A DNA stretch of 36,936 nucleotides from Bacteroidales bacterium (GCA_003555385.1 PWHO01000102.1:1-36936); one strand, 5' to 3'; shown: positions 23,448-34,404, counted from the stretch's first letter. Program-made: numbers and translations. Notes: generated by a model from the letters alone, not told the origin.

Positions 23448-25895
23448 TCACTGAAACAGGAAGCTGTAGCTGAGCCTGATGCTGTAATTGTCACTGAAGC
23501 TTGGCCTGGCATGAGGTCCGTAACGCATCATAAACTCCAGTCCGACACTGGAAAAGCCTGACCCCACAAGATCCAGCACTGCGATACCGGATTCAATGAA
23601 TCCTTTATTCATTGACCGGACGTCCGTTTCCTTGTGTACCACCGGTGTATTAATGTTTCCGATACCGGCATTGGTTCTTAACACGAATTGAGGCCTGAAC
23701 GACTCTCCGCGATAGAGCAAGTGCTCAAAGTTGTGATACCAGAAAACCGCCACATAACGATCCGAAACAAACTCATCCATCCGCATGGTGGAGAACGCTT
23801 CCGGGGTGGTAATGGCAAACCGGCTGTAAGCCGACGGGGCAGTAAAATATTTATCCAGCGGAGCCTCCCCTGAAAAATAACCGGCCCGGATTGTCCATTG
23901 CTGGGTACCCAGCATGCGGACAGGAAAACTTCGGCTAAACATCGCTTCCACCCGCCAGTAATTATATTCTCCTTGAAAAACGCCGTCTATTCCCCGGCTT
24001 ACATTCAGCTTCCAGACTGGTATGTTGTCGCTGAACCGCATGATCTGACGGGGAGTCAGGATGAACTGTTCACCGTAAGCCAGGCGGAACTGAACGCCGG
24101 CTTCAAAATAACGGGATTTACCCTGCCAGCTTTCATTTGGTTCTGCATGTGGTTCAAAACGATAATCGTCTGCATAGCTGACCTCCTCAATTCCCACAAA
24201 GGGCTTGACAGTCAAAAAATTACGAACCGCCAGAAATTGCACCCAGAACAAGTGTTTCTCGGTCATGTCAAGGGTTTCCAGAAAATAGCTCCGTAAATTT
24301 TGTGGGGAGAACACCCCCCCTGTGTGAAGGAAATTGCTTCCTCCCCTTTCCTGTACGTCATGGCTGTAGTTGTAACCCAGCCGGAAGTCCCGTAAGCGGT
24401 CAATCAGCACATTACCGCCTGCGCCATACTTAATCTGTTGGTCTCGGAAACCGTAGGCAAACTTTCCATTCAGCTGGATCTTTTGGGAAAAATGATTGTT
24501 GGTACTAACCGAAAACCCGGGCCTGAAACCCTCCCGGGCATTGTACCCCAAAAAATCCATCAGCGCGAAGTCCACACTGCCCCACCGCAGAGCGCCTCCG
24601 TATAGTGTCTGCAGGCGATCAATTCTTCCGTCAAGATCCCGCTCCCGCCCGACACTGTCAAGATAATGGTATGTATTCCTGTCGCGGGACGTGAGGCTGT
24701 CACGGCGGTATGAATCCCAGAATTCTTCGTCATCCACAATGGTTTCAGCCGAAAACTCCACGTGATAAGGGGAAAAATCACGACGACCCAGGGGCGGATC
24801 TATGGTGATCTCAGACAAATAAGTGCGGCCCTCCCCGACCACCCTGAAGTCCTGCAGGCCATCAATGTTCAGCAGTTCAAAATCAGTATTCAGCTGCACG
24901 GGAAACCATTGGCTGCCATCAACAAGGGCATAATTCTGCTGAATCCTGACCCTGGCATTGCCTTGCTGACCGGCAGGTTCAGCGATCACTGATTTCAATG
25001 CCCAGCCCCGGCTACTCACATTCAGCACCCCTGCCAGGCCGTTAAAATTGCGTCCCCTGCCAGGCCGGTAAGAGATCACATATACCGTATCCGCATCAGA
25101 ATAAATGGAGTCTTCCAGGTTAAAAAAGTAGCGGTCGATACTGCCCGGCGCCAAAGGACTCAGGTAACGGTTGTCGGTGATGTGAATATAATTGTCGTAG
25201 AAAGAAAACGATTGCATCTGTGATATCAGGATGGCGAATAATGGGTGTTCCAGCCCTGAAATACGCGATGCCAGTATGGTTTCATTGCTGCGGTCCGGGA
25301 AGCGAAACTTCCGTTCTGTCACAGTCTCCATCAGGAAAAAATGATGCTCTTCCAGGTAACGTGCCAAACGGCTGCTTGCTGTATCAGCTAAGGCCGGCCC
25401 AGGTCTCTGATCCTGGTCAAAAGCGCCGGTAAAAACAAATTTATTGTAAGAATTATAGGAAAAGGAACTGGTTTTTTCCGGATTGTTACGGTCACGATGT
25501 GCCTTCACATTTTCAATGATTCGATGTGCAGGATTTTCGCCGGGGACAACAACCACCTCCCGAAGTTCAACCGCTTTCCGGTGAAGGAGAATTTCATGAA
25601 ACTCCACGCCGGCATCAGCCGGATGATAGATTTTGTTCTCATACCCCACATAACTGAATTGCAATCGCGCCGCCTGCCCCGGAAATGAAAGTTCAAAAAA
25701 ACCATCTATGTCTGTCATCCCGCCCCGGCGGCTGTCATTAATCACAATGTGAACAAAGGCAAGCGGCTCCCCGGTAATCGCATCCCTTACCCGGCCCTTA
25801 ATCCTTTCATCCGTTGCCTCCGAAGCAAATGACGCGGCAGGGACTAACAGAAGGATTCCCAGCAACACTACCGTAAAAAAAGATAAAACCCGCAT
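23448..25895 (-). CDS. CarboxypepD_reg-like plus DUF5686-type outer-membrane protein
   Basis: Signal peptide. N-terminal IKGRVRDAITGEPLAFVHIVINDSRRGGMTDIDGFFEL is typical of the carboxypeptidase-regulatory-like fold. The long C-terminal portion is beta-rich. Domain naming is from memory of this Bacteroidota architecture. Confidence 0.7.
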   Translation of the reverse strand: MRVLSFFTVVLLGILLLVPAASFASEATDERIKGRVRDAITGEPLAFVHIVINDSRRGGMTDIDGFFELSFPGQAARLQFSYVGYENKIYHPADAGVEFHEILLHRKAVELREVVVVPGENPAHRIIENVKAHRDRNNPEKTSSFSYNSYNKFVFTGAFDQDQRPGPALADTASSRLARYLEEHHFFLMETVTERKFRFPDRSNETILASRISGLEHPLFAILISQMQSFSFYDNYIHITDNRYLSPLAPGSIDRYFFNLEDSIYSDADTVYVISYRPGRGRNFNGLAGVLNVSSRGWALKSVIAEPAGQQGNARVRIQQNYALVDGSQWFPVQLNTDFELLNIDGLQDFRVVGEGRTYLSEITIDPPLGRRDFSPYHVEFSAETIVDDEEFWDSYRRDSLTSRDRNTYHYLDSVGRERDLDGRIDRLQTLYGGALRWGSVDFALMDFLGYNAREGFRPGFSVSTNNHFSQKIQLNGKFAYGFRDQQIKYGAGGNVLIDRLRDFRLGYNYSHDVQERGGSNFLHTGGVFSPQNLRSYFLETLDMTEKHLFWVQFLAVRNFLTVKPFVGIEEVSYADDYRFEPHAEPNESWQGKSRYFEAGVQFRLAYGEQFILTPRQIMRFSDNIPVWKLNVSRGIDGVFQGEYNYWRVEAMFSRSFPVRMLGTQQWTIRAGYFSGEAPLDKYFTAPSAYSRFAITTPEAFSTMRMDEFVSDRYVAVFWYHNFEHLLYRGESFRPQFVLRTNAGIGNINTPVVHKETDVRSMNKGFIESGIAVLDLVGSGFSSVGLEFMMRYGPHARPSFSDNYSIRLSYSFLFQ

Positions 25896-25957
25896 CCGTC
25901 AAATTTAACAAATTGTCCGAAAAGCGGCTTTCTTTTATTATTTGAGTAAAAATGTAT

Positions 25958-25965
25958 TAATTTTG
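25958..25965 (+). promoter_or_regulatory. candidate -7 box (TAATTTTG) for gldE-gldD
   Basis: Exact TAnnTTTG, 27 nt upstream of the TTG start at 25992. Confidence 0.35.
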
Positions 25966-25991
25966 TATAAATCAAAAGAATATAAATAACC

Positions 25992-27326
25992 TTGGAAGCG
26001 TCACCCGAAACTTTTTCACCCCTGGAAACACCTCTGCTAGCGCTTACCGATCTGCTCTCCGCCGATACATTTTTAGGAATTGGAGCCATGCTGGTTCTGC
26101 TGTTTTTATCAGCCATGGTTTCCGGGTCAGAAATTGCTTTTTTTTCCCTGACACATTCACAGATTGACCAGGTCAGACGAGGGAATAAACCGCACAATAA
26201 AAAGATCCTGGCCCTGATGGAGCGACCCAATCGACTGCTGGCCACCATACTGATCACCAATAATGTGATCAACATCGCTGTCATCGTACTCTCAACCATT
26301 GTTTTCCGTCCGTTATACCAGCTGGAACTTCATCCAATCCTTGCATTTATTATACAGGTGGCATTGGTCACTTTCCTGATCCTGCTTTTTGCAGAGGTCC
26401 TGCCAAAAGTTTATGCATCGAGAAATCCCATGCGCTTTTCTTCAATTATGGCAGCCCCCCTGCTTGCCCTGCGAAAAATATTTTATCCGCTGAGCACCTT
26501 GCTGGTTAAAACAACGCACATCATTGACAAACGGATGGAGAAAAAAAGGCCCAACCTGAGTATGCATGAATTATCGCACGCGTTGGAAATCACCACAGAT
26601 GATACCACCACCGAAGAAGATAAGAAACTGCTCAGGGGGATTGTTCGTTTCGGAAATACCTTTGTCAGGGAAATCATGAAGTCGCGGGTGGATGTGGTGG
26701 CCGTTGAATACACCACCCCTTTCCGTCAACTGATCGAAATCATTCAGGATGCCGGCTACAGCCGCATCCCGGTTTATCGCGACAGTTTTGACAACGTGGA
26801 AGGCGTGCTTTACATCAAAGATCTTCTGCCTCACCTGGAAAAGGAAGATGATTTCGAATGGCAGAAACTCCTTCGCAAAGGTTTTTTTGTTCCAGAAAGC
26901 AAAAGGATCAACGACCTCCTGAAGGAATTCCAGGAGAAGAAAATCCCCCTGGCCATCGTGGTGGATGAATATGGGGGCACATCCGGACTGGTTAGCCTGG
27001 AAGACATTCTGGAAGAGATTGTCGGGGAGATCAATGACGAATTTGATATTGAAGAAGCCGTATACTCCAAGGTGGACAGCAATACCTATGTGTTTGAAGG
27101 AAAAACCCTGCTGAAGGATTTCTGCAAAATCACCGGTGTGGACGATTCGGTATTTAACGAGGTGAAAGGAGAGGCGGATACCCTGGCGGGGCTGATTCTG
27201 GAAATCAAACAGGAAATCCCGTTCAAGGGGGCGAAGATCAGATACGGCCGCTTTGAATTTGAAGTGGAAGGAGTTGACAAACGACGCATCAAGCAATTAA
27301 AAGTAAAAATCAAGGAACCGCAATGA
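25992..27326 (+). CDS. gldE: gliding-motility-associated GldE (CNNM/CorC-HlyC family: DUF21 TM domain, CBS pair, CorC_HlyC)
   Basis: N-terminal TM domain with [10 protein letters not shown], a CBS pair and a C-terminal transporter-associated domain. It lies immediately upstream of, and overlaps, a gldD-like gene, as in Flavobacterium. The TTG start is inferred because about 30 residues normally precede the first TM. Confidence 0.8.
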   Translation: MEASPETFSPLETPLLALTDLLSADTFLGIGAMLVLLFLSAMVSGSEIAFFSLTHSQIDQVRRGNKPHNKKILALMERPNRLLATILITNNVINIAVIVLSTIVFRPLYQLELHPILAFIIQVALVTFLILLFAEVLPKVYASRNPMRFSSIMAAPLLALRKIFYPLSTLLVKTTHIIDKRMEKKRPNLSMHELSHALEITTDDTTTEEDKKLLRGIVRFGNTFVREIMKSRVDVVAVEYTTPFRQLIEIIQDAGYSRIPVYRDSFDNVEGVLYIKDLLPHLEKEDDFEWQKLLRKGFFVPESKRINDLLKEFQEKKIPLAIVVDEYGGTSGLVSLEDILEEIVGEINDEFDIEEAVYSKVDSNTYVFEGKTLLKDFCKITGVDDSVFNEVKGEADTLAGLILEIKQEIPFKGAKIRYGRFEFEVEGVDKRRIKQLKVKIKEPQ

Positions 27327-27913
27327 CCAGGCTCATCCGGACCGCTGTTTTTTTTCCGGTCATCTTCATGCTTTTGTCTTTATCCTGTCAGCGGGGCGAC
27401 GCGCCAAAACCCCGGGCTTACTTTCGCATTGCCCTGCCGGAAAAGTCTTACCAATATTTTGACACCGTGTACCCCTACCGGTTCGAATACCCCGAATACG
27501 CAACCTTCAAGCCCGACACCGGGGAAAGCGGTGAACCTTACTGGGGAGACATTGTGTTTCCGGAGTTCGGCGGAAGAATACACCTGAGTTACAAACCGGT
27601 CAAAAGCCCCGATGATCTGTCCGGCTATTTTGAAGACGCCAGAACATTCGTGCATCGGCATATTCCCAAGGCCACAGCCATCCGTGACGAAATGTTTGTC
27701 CACGAAGAGCAGAATGTGTACGGCATGCTTTTTCACATCAGAGGCCGGGAGGCTGCCTCAGCACTGCAGTTTTATGCCACTGACAGCACAGACCACTTTC
27801 TCAGGGGAGCCCTCTATTTTGACGTAACCCCCAACAATGACTCCCTCTCGCCCGTGATCGGCTTCATTGAAGAAGACATACGCCACCTCCTTGAAACAAT
27901 GTCGTGGGACTGA
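27323..27913 (+). CDS. gldD: gliding-motility lipoprotein GldD
   Basis: Lipobox LSLSC followed by PKPRAYFRIALPEKSYQYFD, which matches my recollection of GldD N-termini. ATGA overlap with gldE. Confidence 0.7.
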   Translation: MTRLIRTAVFFPVIFMLLSLSCQRGDAPKPRAYFRIALPEKSYQYFDTVYPYRFEYPEYATFKPDTGESGEPYWGDIVFPEFGGRIHLSYKPVKSPDDLSGYFEDARTFVHRHIPKATAIRDEMFVHEEQNVYGMLFHIRGREAASALQFYATDSTDHFLRGALYFDVTPNNDSLSPVIGFIEEDIRHLLETMSWD

Positions 27914-27932
27914 GTGAAGAATCTGACTCTTC

Positions 27933-29366
27933 TCAGGATTTGTGGTTGGTCAGCATATTGGTGGCTGTGCTGACCTCCACGAAAGACGGACCGGATTTTT
28001 TGCCGAAGTTTCCGGCCAGAACCACCACCAGGTCTTCAGGCCCGATCTCTTTCTCATCGATCAGGCGCGACAATGTCACCCTGACAAACTCCTTCTTGGA
28101 GGTTTCCACATCCATGAAATCGGCAAGAATCCCATAATTCATTGCCAGTTCCCGCATCACCCTTTCCGCATAACATTGGGCATATATGGGAGTGCGGCCC
28201 CGAAACGCCGACAAATAACGGGCTGTTTTGCCGGTATCGGTATCCGTGATCACCGCCCGGGTGTTGAGTTGCTGCACAGTACGTACAGCCGTTTTAGACA
28301 GAAAGACTGAGACCTGGTTATCGTGGGGCATCACCTCACTATCAAGCGAGAAGGATCTGCTGCTTTCCGCTTCCCTTAAGCTGTTGGTCATCATCTGCAC
28401 CGACTCAAGCGGGTATTTCCCGTAGGCGGTTTCCCCGCTGAGCATCACCGCGTCTGTACCTGAAAACACGGCCGTGGCAATGTCACTTACCTCGGCCCGG
28501 GTAGGCCTCGGATTTTCGATCATGGAGTGCAGCATTTGTGTTGCCACGATTACCGACTTCTTTCGGCGGATGCATTTCTGGATCAGGTTGTGCTGTATTC
28601 CCGGGATGCGTTCGGCGGGCACTTCAATGGCCAGGTCTCCGCGGGCGATCATAATCCCGTGAACGTGGTCAAGTATCTCATTAATATTGTCAACCCCCTG
28701 CTGATTCTCGATTTTCGCTATGATCTTTACCTGGCTGTTGTGTTCATCCAGTAATTCCTGAATGGCCACCACATCTTCCCTGCTCCGGACAAAAGAATGG
28801 GCAATAAAGGAAATGTCATTGGAAATGGCAAAATCAATATACTCCTTGTCTTTGTCACTCAATGCCGGCAAATCAATGCTACTGCCCGGCAGGTTCACGC
28901 TTTTCCGGGGCTTGATCACCCCGCTGTTCTCCACCCGGCATAACAGGTAATCGGGATGTTTTTCCTGAACAGTCAGGGCCACATCCCCGTCATCGATCAT
29001 GATCTGGCGGCCCGCATCCAGCTGCTTCACAAATCCCGGATAATTCACACGGATACATTCAGGATCCGAATTTATGTAGCTATCTCCCGCCATCCGGATC
29101 AGATCCCCGGTTTTCACTTCAATGTCTTCATCGCTGGAATTGGTGCGTATTTCAGGCCCCTTGGTATCCACCATAACGGGGATTCTTGAAGAAACCTTGC
29201 GAACATTCTCCACGATACGCAGGCTTTGTTCCGGGTTTTGATGCGCGGTATTGATCCTTACCACGTCCATCCCGGCTTGATGTAAAGATGATAGAAAATC
29301 CGGCTCGCAGTGACGGTCAGATATGGTCGCCACAATTTTTGTCAGTTTTTGCATGGCAGCAGGCAT
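27933..29366 (-). CDS. pyk: pyruvate kinase
   Basis: TKIVATI, MVDTKGPEIRT, IAKIEN and MIARGDLAIEVP motifs. 477 aa. An alternative start is at Met5 (29354). Confidence 0.95.
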   Translation of the reverse strand: MPAAMQKLTKIVATISDRHCEPDFLSSLHQAGMDVVRINTAHQNPEQSLRIVENVRKVSSRIPVMVDTKGPEIRTNSSDEDIEVKTGDLIRMAGDSYINSDPECIRVNYPGFVKQLDAGRQIMIDDGDVALTVQEKHPDYLLCRVENSGVIKPRKSVNLPGSSIDLPALSDKDKEYIDFAISNDISFIAHSFVRSREDVVAIQELLDEHNSQVKIIAKIENQQGVDNINEILDHVHGIMIARGDLAIEVPAERIPGIQHNLIQKCIRRKKSVIVATQMLHSMIENPRPTRAEVSDIATAVFSGTDAVMLSGETAYGKYPLESVQMMTNSLREAESSRSFSLDSEVMPHDNQVSVFLSKTAVRTVQQLNTRAVITDTDTGKTARYLSAFRGRTPIYAQCYAERVMRELAMNYGILADFMDVETSKKEFVRVTLSRLIDEKEIGPEDLVVVLAGNFGKKSGPSFVEVSTATNMLTNHKS

Positions 29367-29393
29367 TTATGATTATACAATATAGATCGGGGG

Positions 29394-30644
29394 TTACTCA
29401 TATCTCAGTGATTCAATCGGGTCAAGGCTGGCTGCCTTTGCAGCGGGATAGTACCCCGCAACCAGGCCTACACCGAAACACAATAACACCCCGGACAAGA
29501 CCCATACCCAGGGGATGATAAACGGGCTTCCGACAATGACAGATATTCCGTTACCTGCAAGAATCCCGAGAAGAATACCCACGACTCCGCCAATCTGGCA
29601 AATTAAGATGGCCTCAGAAAGGAACTGCTGTTTGATCACGGCCCTGGTCGCCCCCAATGCCTTACGGATGCCGATCTCCTGCGTCCTTTCGGTGACTGAT
29701 ACAAGCATGATATTCATCAGGCCGATCGCTGCCCCGGCAAGGGTAATCAGCCCGATAATAGTGGCAGCCAGCGTCACAAAACTGATGTTTTCGATCAGTG
29801 CCTGGGCAATATTGTCACTTTTGTTGAGGTCAAAACTGTCGGGTTCACCAAAACGGGCTCCCCTGATAACCCTGAACAACCCGGTGGCCTCGTCAATGGC
29901 CTCGTCAAGCAACTCAATGTCATAGGTACTCACATTGATGGTATAGTTCATATTGGGCCGGGAAAAATGCTGCCTGACCGTCATATACGGCATCACGGCA
30001 TTCAGATCCTCAGAAAATCCGAATCCTGTCCCCTTTTGTTCCAGCACCCCGATCACCTGGTAAGGCATATTGGCAATGGAAACAAAAGCCCCCAGAGGAT
30101 CAGCATCTCCCGGGAACAAAGTACTTGCCACATCGTGCCCGAGTAAAACTACGTTTGCACCGTACTGCAGTTCAGTAGGAGAAAAATTGCGCCCTTTTGC
30201 CAGGTCTGCGCCTGCAGTGACCAGATAATTATCATCGCTGCCAATCACACGAATGTTCGGGTTGGTTTCTTCCGAGCGATAGCGGGCGGTAGCAGAACCT
30301 GTTCCTGTTACCCGCAGGGAAACCCAGGCAGGGAAGTCAAACTCTTGCTTAAATGCAATCGCCTCGTTATAGTTGATCCGCGGATATACTTGCCTGGCCC
30401 CGCCACCCATCTGCACCTGCATACTTCTGTTCTGGATGGAAAAGCTGTTGGCACCCAAACGGGCAAAATTTTCGGTAATGGAAAGCTGGATGGAATCGAT
30501 GGCAGTCAAAATGCCGACCAAAGCCATGATTCCGATGGCGATGATCAGCACCGTAAGCAGGGCACGCAACAAGTGTGCCCGGATAGACTCCAGGGCTACC
30601 CGGATATTTTCAATAATTACGATGGTGAGATGTCTCATCGCCAA
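29394..30644 (-). CDS. ABC transporter permease, MacB/FtsX family
   Basis: N-terminal TM helix, a large periplasmic MacB_PCD-like domain, then the FtsX domain with [10 protein letters not shown]. 416 aa. Confidence 0.9.
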   Translation of the reverse strand: MAMRHLTIVIIENIRVALESIRAHLLRALLTVLIIAIGIMALVGILTAIDSIQLSITENFARLGANSFSIQNRSMQVQMGGGARQVYPRINYNEAIAFKQEFDFPAWVSLRVTGTGSATARYRSEETNPNIRVIGSDDNYLVTAGADLAKGRNFSPTELQYGANVVLLGHDVASTLFPGDADPLGAFVSIANMPYQVIGVLEQKGTGFGFSEDLNAVMPYMTVRQHFSRPNMNYTINVSTYDIELLDEAIDEATGLFRVIRGARFGEPDSFDLNKSDNIAQALIENISFVTLAATIIGLITLAGAAIGLMNIMLVSVTERTQEIGIRKALGATRAVIKQQFLSEAILICQIGGVVGILLGILAGNGISVIVGSPFIIPWVWVLSGVLLCFGVGLVAGYYPAAKAASLDPIESLRYE

Positions 30645-30653
30645 TATGCTTAA

Positions 30654-31310
30654 TTAAAGCTTGCTCCCAAAAGCAATGTCGCCGGCATCCCCCAGTCCGG
30701 GAACAATATATGCCCTGGCTGTCAGTTCATCATCCACCGCCCCGAGCCACAGGGTATAATCATCATTGGGCATGTTTTTTCGCACATACTCAACCCCCTG
30801 GTTGCTGGCCAGGATGGAAACAATGTGGGTATGAACAGGTTGCCCCTTACTCATCAGGCCTTTGTAGCTCAATATCATGGAAGCACCCGTTGCCAGCATC
30901 GGGTCGCTGATGATTAACACTTTTCCAGCCAGAGAAGGACCGGAGACATATTCAACCTGAATGTCAAACCGGCCGTCTTTTCGGTGTTTGCGGTATGCTG
31001 AAATAAAGGCATTCTCTGCATTGTCATATAAATTGAGCAATCCCTGGTGCATGGGAAGACCGGCTCTCAGAATGGTGGCAATGACAGGTTGTTCAGAGAG
31101 CACCTCACATGAAGCGACCCCCAGGCTTGTGATCACTTCTTTCTTTTTCCACTCCAGCTTCTTGCTGATCTCATAAGCAAAAATCTCACCGGCGCGCTCC
31201 ATATTCTTCCGGAACCGGAGGCTGTCCTTTTGAATTTCAGCGTCTCGCATTTCAGCAATATACTGGCTCAACAGGGAAGAAGTATCTCCCAAAACTCGGA
31301 TTCTAGGCAT
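30654..31310 (-). CDS. upp: uracil phosphoribosyltransferase
   Basis: PRPP loop LIISDPMLATGAS and C-terminal YIVPGLGDAGD. Start taken at MPRIRVLG (31310) rather than the ORF-track start at 31352. Confidence 0.9.
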   Translation of the reverse strand: MPRIRVLGDTSSLLSQYIAEMRDAEIQKDSLRFRKNMERAGEIFAYEISKKLEWKKKEVITSLGVASCEVLSEQPVIATILRAGLPMHQGLLNLYDNAENAFISAYRKHRKDGRFDIQVEYVSGPSLAGKVLIISDPMLATGASMILSYKGLMSKGQPVHTHIVSILASNQGVEYVRKNMPNDDYTLWLGAVDDELTARAYIVPGLGDAGDIAFGSKL

Positions 31311-32265
31311 TTTTCTGTTGTTTACAATGATTTTTAATCCAGCGGTAGCCATCCAGTAAAGGTTCTGGCAGAAATGGCACTTTGTTCATAATGATACGCA
31401 AAAATACGCATTCTTCTGATCCGAACCCACGATAAAAACGGGCAAGACCCGGATCAGCCGAACCTTCAAAATCAAGCACCAACTCTTTGCCGGCGCATTC
31501 CTGTATGAAATGATCAATCAGCAGGCTCATTGCCCCATTGTTTCTGGCCTCCGGGGTGCTCCCTGAAAAAAGCAGCACCACCTTGTGATGGCTTCTGAAA
31601 AACACGATGCCGGCGCAGAAATCATTGGTGGAAGAGTAGGCAAATCTTAAGCTTACCATCCCTTTGTGCATACCGGCGTAGATTAAATGCTTGAGCACCC
31701 GGTAATCCTTTTCGGCAAATGGCACTCCCAGTTTGCCCCTGTTCTGCCGGAAAGCCAGGATAATGTCCTCAGGGCGTCCGGCGTTTGTGACAAATACTTC
31801 CTTTGCCCGTGCTTTTTTAATATTGCGCCGCGTGTTTGCCGAATAACCCTCCTGCAGGTGGCCATAAGGAAAAATTAAATCCAGTTCGTGCGTAACCCCC
31901 CTGCCCCCGATTGAGGGATGTCGGTCTGACAAAAGGTTATAGGTATTCAGGTTGAAATCCGCAAACCGGAATTCCCGCGGGATGGCTTCCAGGAAATGTT
32001 CCGTAACCTCTTCATTCAGCCTGTACGTACTGAAAACACCCAACTGCTGAATAAAGAAAGGCTGGTAGACATATTTCATCCAGGCTTTTTTCCGGAAAGG
32101 AAGAGGCATTACTGCGCGGTAATCATCTTCTACCAGTGCATCCCAGCTGTCTGCCGTCATATCCAGGTACCAGGCGTATGCATAAAACATTCCGTTCACA
32201 GAATGGTCAATGCAATGGTCCCATTTTGCAAAATTGATGTTATCGTGCCTGACGTAACGGATCAT
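31303..32265 (-). CDS. FemAB-like / GNAT-fold acyltransferase family protein (function unknown)
   Basis: The C-terminal NGAMSLLIDHFIQECAGKELVLDFEGSADPGLARFYRGFGSEE resembles the FemAB/BioF2-like acetyltransferase core. Assignment is by eye only. Confidence 0.55.
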   Translation of the reverse strand: MIRYVRHDNINFAKWDHCIDHSVNGMFYAYAWYLDMTADSWDALVEDDYRAVMPLPFRKKAWMKYVYQPFFIQQLGVFSTYRLNEEVTEHFLEAIPREFRFADFNLNTYNLLSDRHPSIGGRGVTHELDLIFPYGHLQEGYSANTRRNIKKARAKEVFVTNAGRPEDIILAFRQNRGKLGVPFAEKDYRVLKHLIYAGMHKGMVSLRFAYSSTNDFCAGIVFFRSHHKVVLLFSGSTPEARNNGAMSLLIDHFIQECAGKELVLDFEGSADPGLARFYRGFGSEECVFLRIIMNKVPFLPEPLLDGYRWIKNHCKQQKNA

Positions 32266-33595
32266 AATTGTCTTTATGTTTCAGGGATGCAAGACGATAC
32301 ATCTCTTCATACACTTTGTCCCATCCTTGCCAGTCACCCCGCCCTGACAGGGAATCGTTGTGCCACAAACTGACAAACATCCCGCCCACCTGCACTGTTT
32401 CATCAAGCAGCTTTCGGATCACCTCAAGGGCCTTACCGGGCGTAAGCTGCAGGTAATCGCGAAGGGTTCCGTCCATCACGGCAAATGGGACAATGGTCAG
32501 CGGGGTGGCACTTTCACTTTCCAGGTCATAAAACGGATAGGGGGTACAGATACTCGCCCTGAATCCGGGCTGACTCGGGTATCCCATGGTAAAATCATGG
32601 GTAATATTATTTCGGAGCAGGCGCTGATAGGTGGCCGGAAGATCCATCATCAGATAGTGCTGCCTGCTGCAGCAAATTTCCTGTTGCAAAATATTGGCAA
32701 GCCTTGATAATTCCAGTTCGATCAGTGAATCATCCTTCGTTGAGGCCACGCTCGGATGAATTCCGGTATGTGCATAGTCGTTCATCCTTTTCACCAGAGA
32801 GAAAAAGGTCCCTGAATAATGGGGCAAATTTTTGTCATAGGGCCCGTAATCACCGCAGAGAAAAAAATATACCGCCCTGATACCACTTTGTTTGTATAAC
32901 TCCACTTGCCGGTCATAAGTGTCAAAAGGGTCTTTTTCCTTTCCGGCCAACACACGAAAGCGCTGGAAAAAAGCAGAAAATTCAAGTCTCATAACTGACC
33001 GCACTGCACCCAGGAAGCTTCGCATAACACCCCTGCCCCTGTACGCATAAGCCACATCAATGTCATAAGTGGGCAGAAACGAGAAAGCAGGGTCAGTGAA
33101 CGCGCATGCAGGATACAGTTCCTGAAGCTTCTCTTTCAGAAGCAGTGCATAATGGTTTACCACGGGCTTGTCCAGGAAATTATTCCTATAGGCAAAGGAA
33201 GCAGTGGCATCAAAACGCCAGTGAATATCTTTTTTGTGTGGAAGGTATTCCTCATAGCGGCTTACCAGGTAGAAAACTGCGGAAAACAGATCAAAATCAA
33301 GACCTTGCTTGGCACTGTCAGGGTCAACAGGAAACAATAAAGGGAGGCCTTTGCTGCGGCGGACTTCGGGCACAAAATAATGCACGCCTCTTTCCGACAA
33401 AAATCCATGGGCGGGAATATGCAAACCTTCCCTTCCAGCTGTTTCGCGGCCGTAAATGATCTTCGGCCCTTTATGCGCCTCAGCAACTTCCGGATCATCG
33501 GTAAGCTGCCATTTGCATCGAAGCAAACGACCCATAACCAGCCGGGTCACATACTCAATCCTGTGGGTTATCCGGGGACAAAAAACCACTATCAT
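32240..33595 (-). CDS. polysaccharide-deacetylase-like protein with an uncharacterised N-terminal domain
   Basis: 451 aa. The N-terminus MIVVFCPRITHRIEYV resembles a Bacteroidota family usually annotated as deacetylase-like. Divergent CE4-like motifs (GIHPS, GFRASICTPYPF, SLWHND). Low-certainty call. Confidence 0.45.
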   Translation of the reverse strand: MIVVFCPRITHRIEYVTRLVMGRLLRCKWQLTDDPEVAEAHKGPKIIYGRETAGREGLHIPAHGFLSERGVHYFVPEVRRSKGLPLLFPVDPDSAKQGLDFDLFSAVFYLVSRYEEYLPHKKDIHWRFDATASFAYRNNFLDKPVVNHYALLLKEKLQELYPACAFTDPAFSFLPTYDIDVAYAYRGRGVMRSFLGAVRSVMRLEFSAFFQRFRVLAGKEKDPFDTYDRQVELYKQSGIRAVYFFLCGDYGPYDKNLPHYSGTFFSLVKRMNDYAHTGIHPSVASTKDDSLIELELSRLANILQQEICCSRQHYLMMDLPATYQRLLRNNITHDFTMGYPSQPGFRASICTPYPFYDLESESATPLTIVPFAVMDGTLRDYLQLTPGKALEVIRKLLDETVQVGGMFVSLWHNDSLSGRGDWQGWDKVYEEMYRLASLKHKDNYDPLRQAR

Positions 33596-33684
33596 GCGCG
33601 CAGAGTTTAATATCTGAAGGTAAAGGTAAAAGTAAATTTACACAAACCCCGGAAATTCTGCGCTGTCTTGCCAAAGCAATGTTC

Positions 33685-34404
33685 TTAAAGAAGACCTTCA
33701 TCGGCAAAGCTGAAATACTGCTCATGGGCCACGATCAGATGATCAAGTACAGGGAGATCAAGAAAAGTTCCGGATTCTTTGCACTGACGGGTAATGCGCT
33801 GATCGTTCGGGCTGGGCTTCAGCTGGCCGCTGGGGTGATTGTGGCAAAGTATAATTCCGCTGGCATTGTTTTCCAGCGCAAGTCTGAAAATTTTTTTCGG
33901 GTCAGCCACCGTGCCTGCCACACTGCCTTCACTCACACAGATTGTGCGCTGCACCCTGTTCCCCCGGTTCAGCACCATGATCCAGAACTCCTCGCATGAC
34001 AGATCCGCAATCAGCGGGTGCATGATCTCAAATGCATCCCGGCTGCAACTGATCCTTGTTTTTTCAAGCCCTTCCGAAAGCCGGCGGCGCCTCCCCAATT
34101 CCATCACGGCAATGATATTACTGGCTTTGGCCTCACCGATACCCCGGAAACGCAACAAATCGGGAATTTCAAGTTTGCCCAGTTCAGCCAGGTTATTGGA
34201 AACGCTTCCCAGTATCGTTTTTGATAATTCCACCGCCGACATCCGGGCTGTTCCGGAACCAATGACTAAGGCAAGTAATTCGGCATCCGACAATGCCTTC
34301 CGGCTTTTGGTCAGTAATTTTTCCCGGGGCCGGTCATCTTCCGCCCAGCTTTTGATCCCGGTTAAAGCGACAGATGGATAAAAAAGTTTTGTTTTGCGTT
34401 GCAT
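33685..34404 (-). CDS. radC: RadC-family (JAB/MPN domain) protein
   Basis: JAMM motif HNHPSG with downstream SPNDQRIT. N-terminal HhH-like LSDAELLALVIGSG. Confidence 0.9.
   Translation of the reverse strand: MQRKTKLFYPSVALTGIKSWAEDDRPREKLLTKSRKALSDAELLALVIGSGTARMSAVELSKTILGSVSNNLAELGKLEIPDLLRFRGIGEAKASNIIAVMELGRRRRLSEGLEKTRISCSRDAFEIMHPLIADLSCEEFWIMVLNRGNRVQRTICVSEGSVAGTVADPKKIFRLALENNASGIILCHNHPSGQLKPSPNDQRITRQCKESGTFLDLPVLDHLIVAHEQYFSFADEGLL

Noticed and set aside
26571-27296. 241-aa minus-strand ORF antisense to gldE
   Set aside because: Shadow ORF. The gldE frame has clear CBS and CorC_HlyC features, while the antisense translation is Phe/Gln/Asp-rich with no motif.
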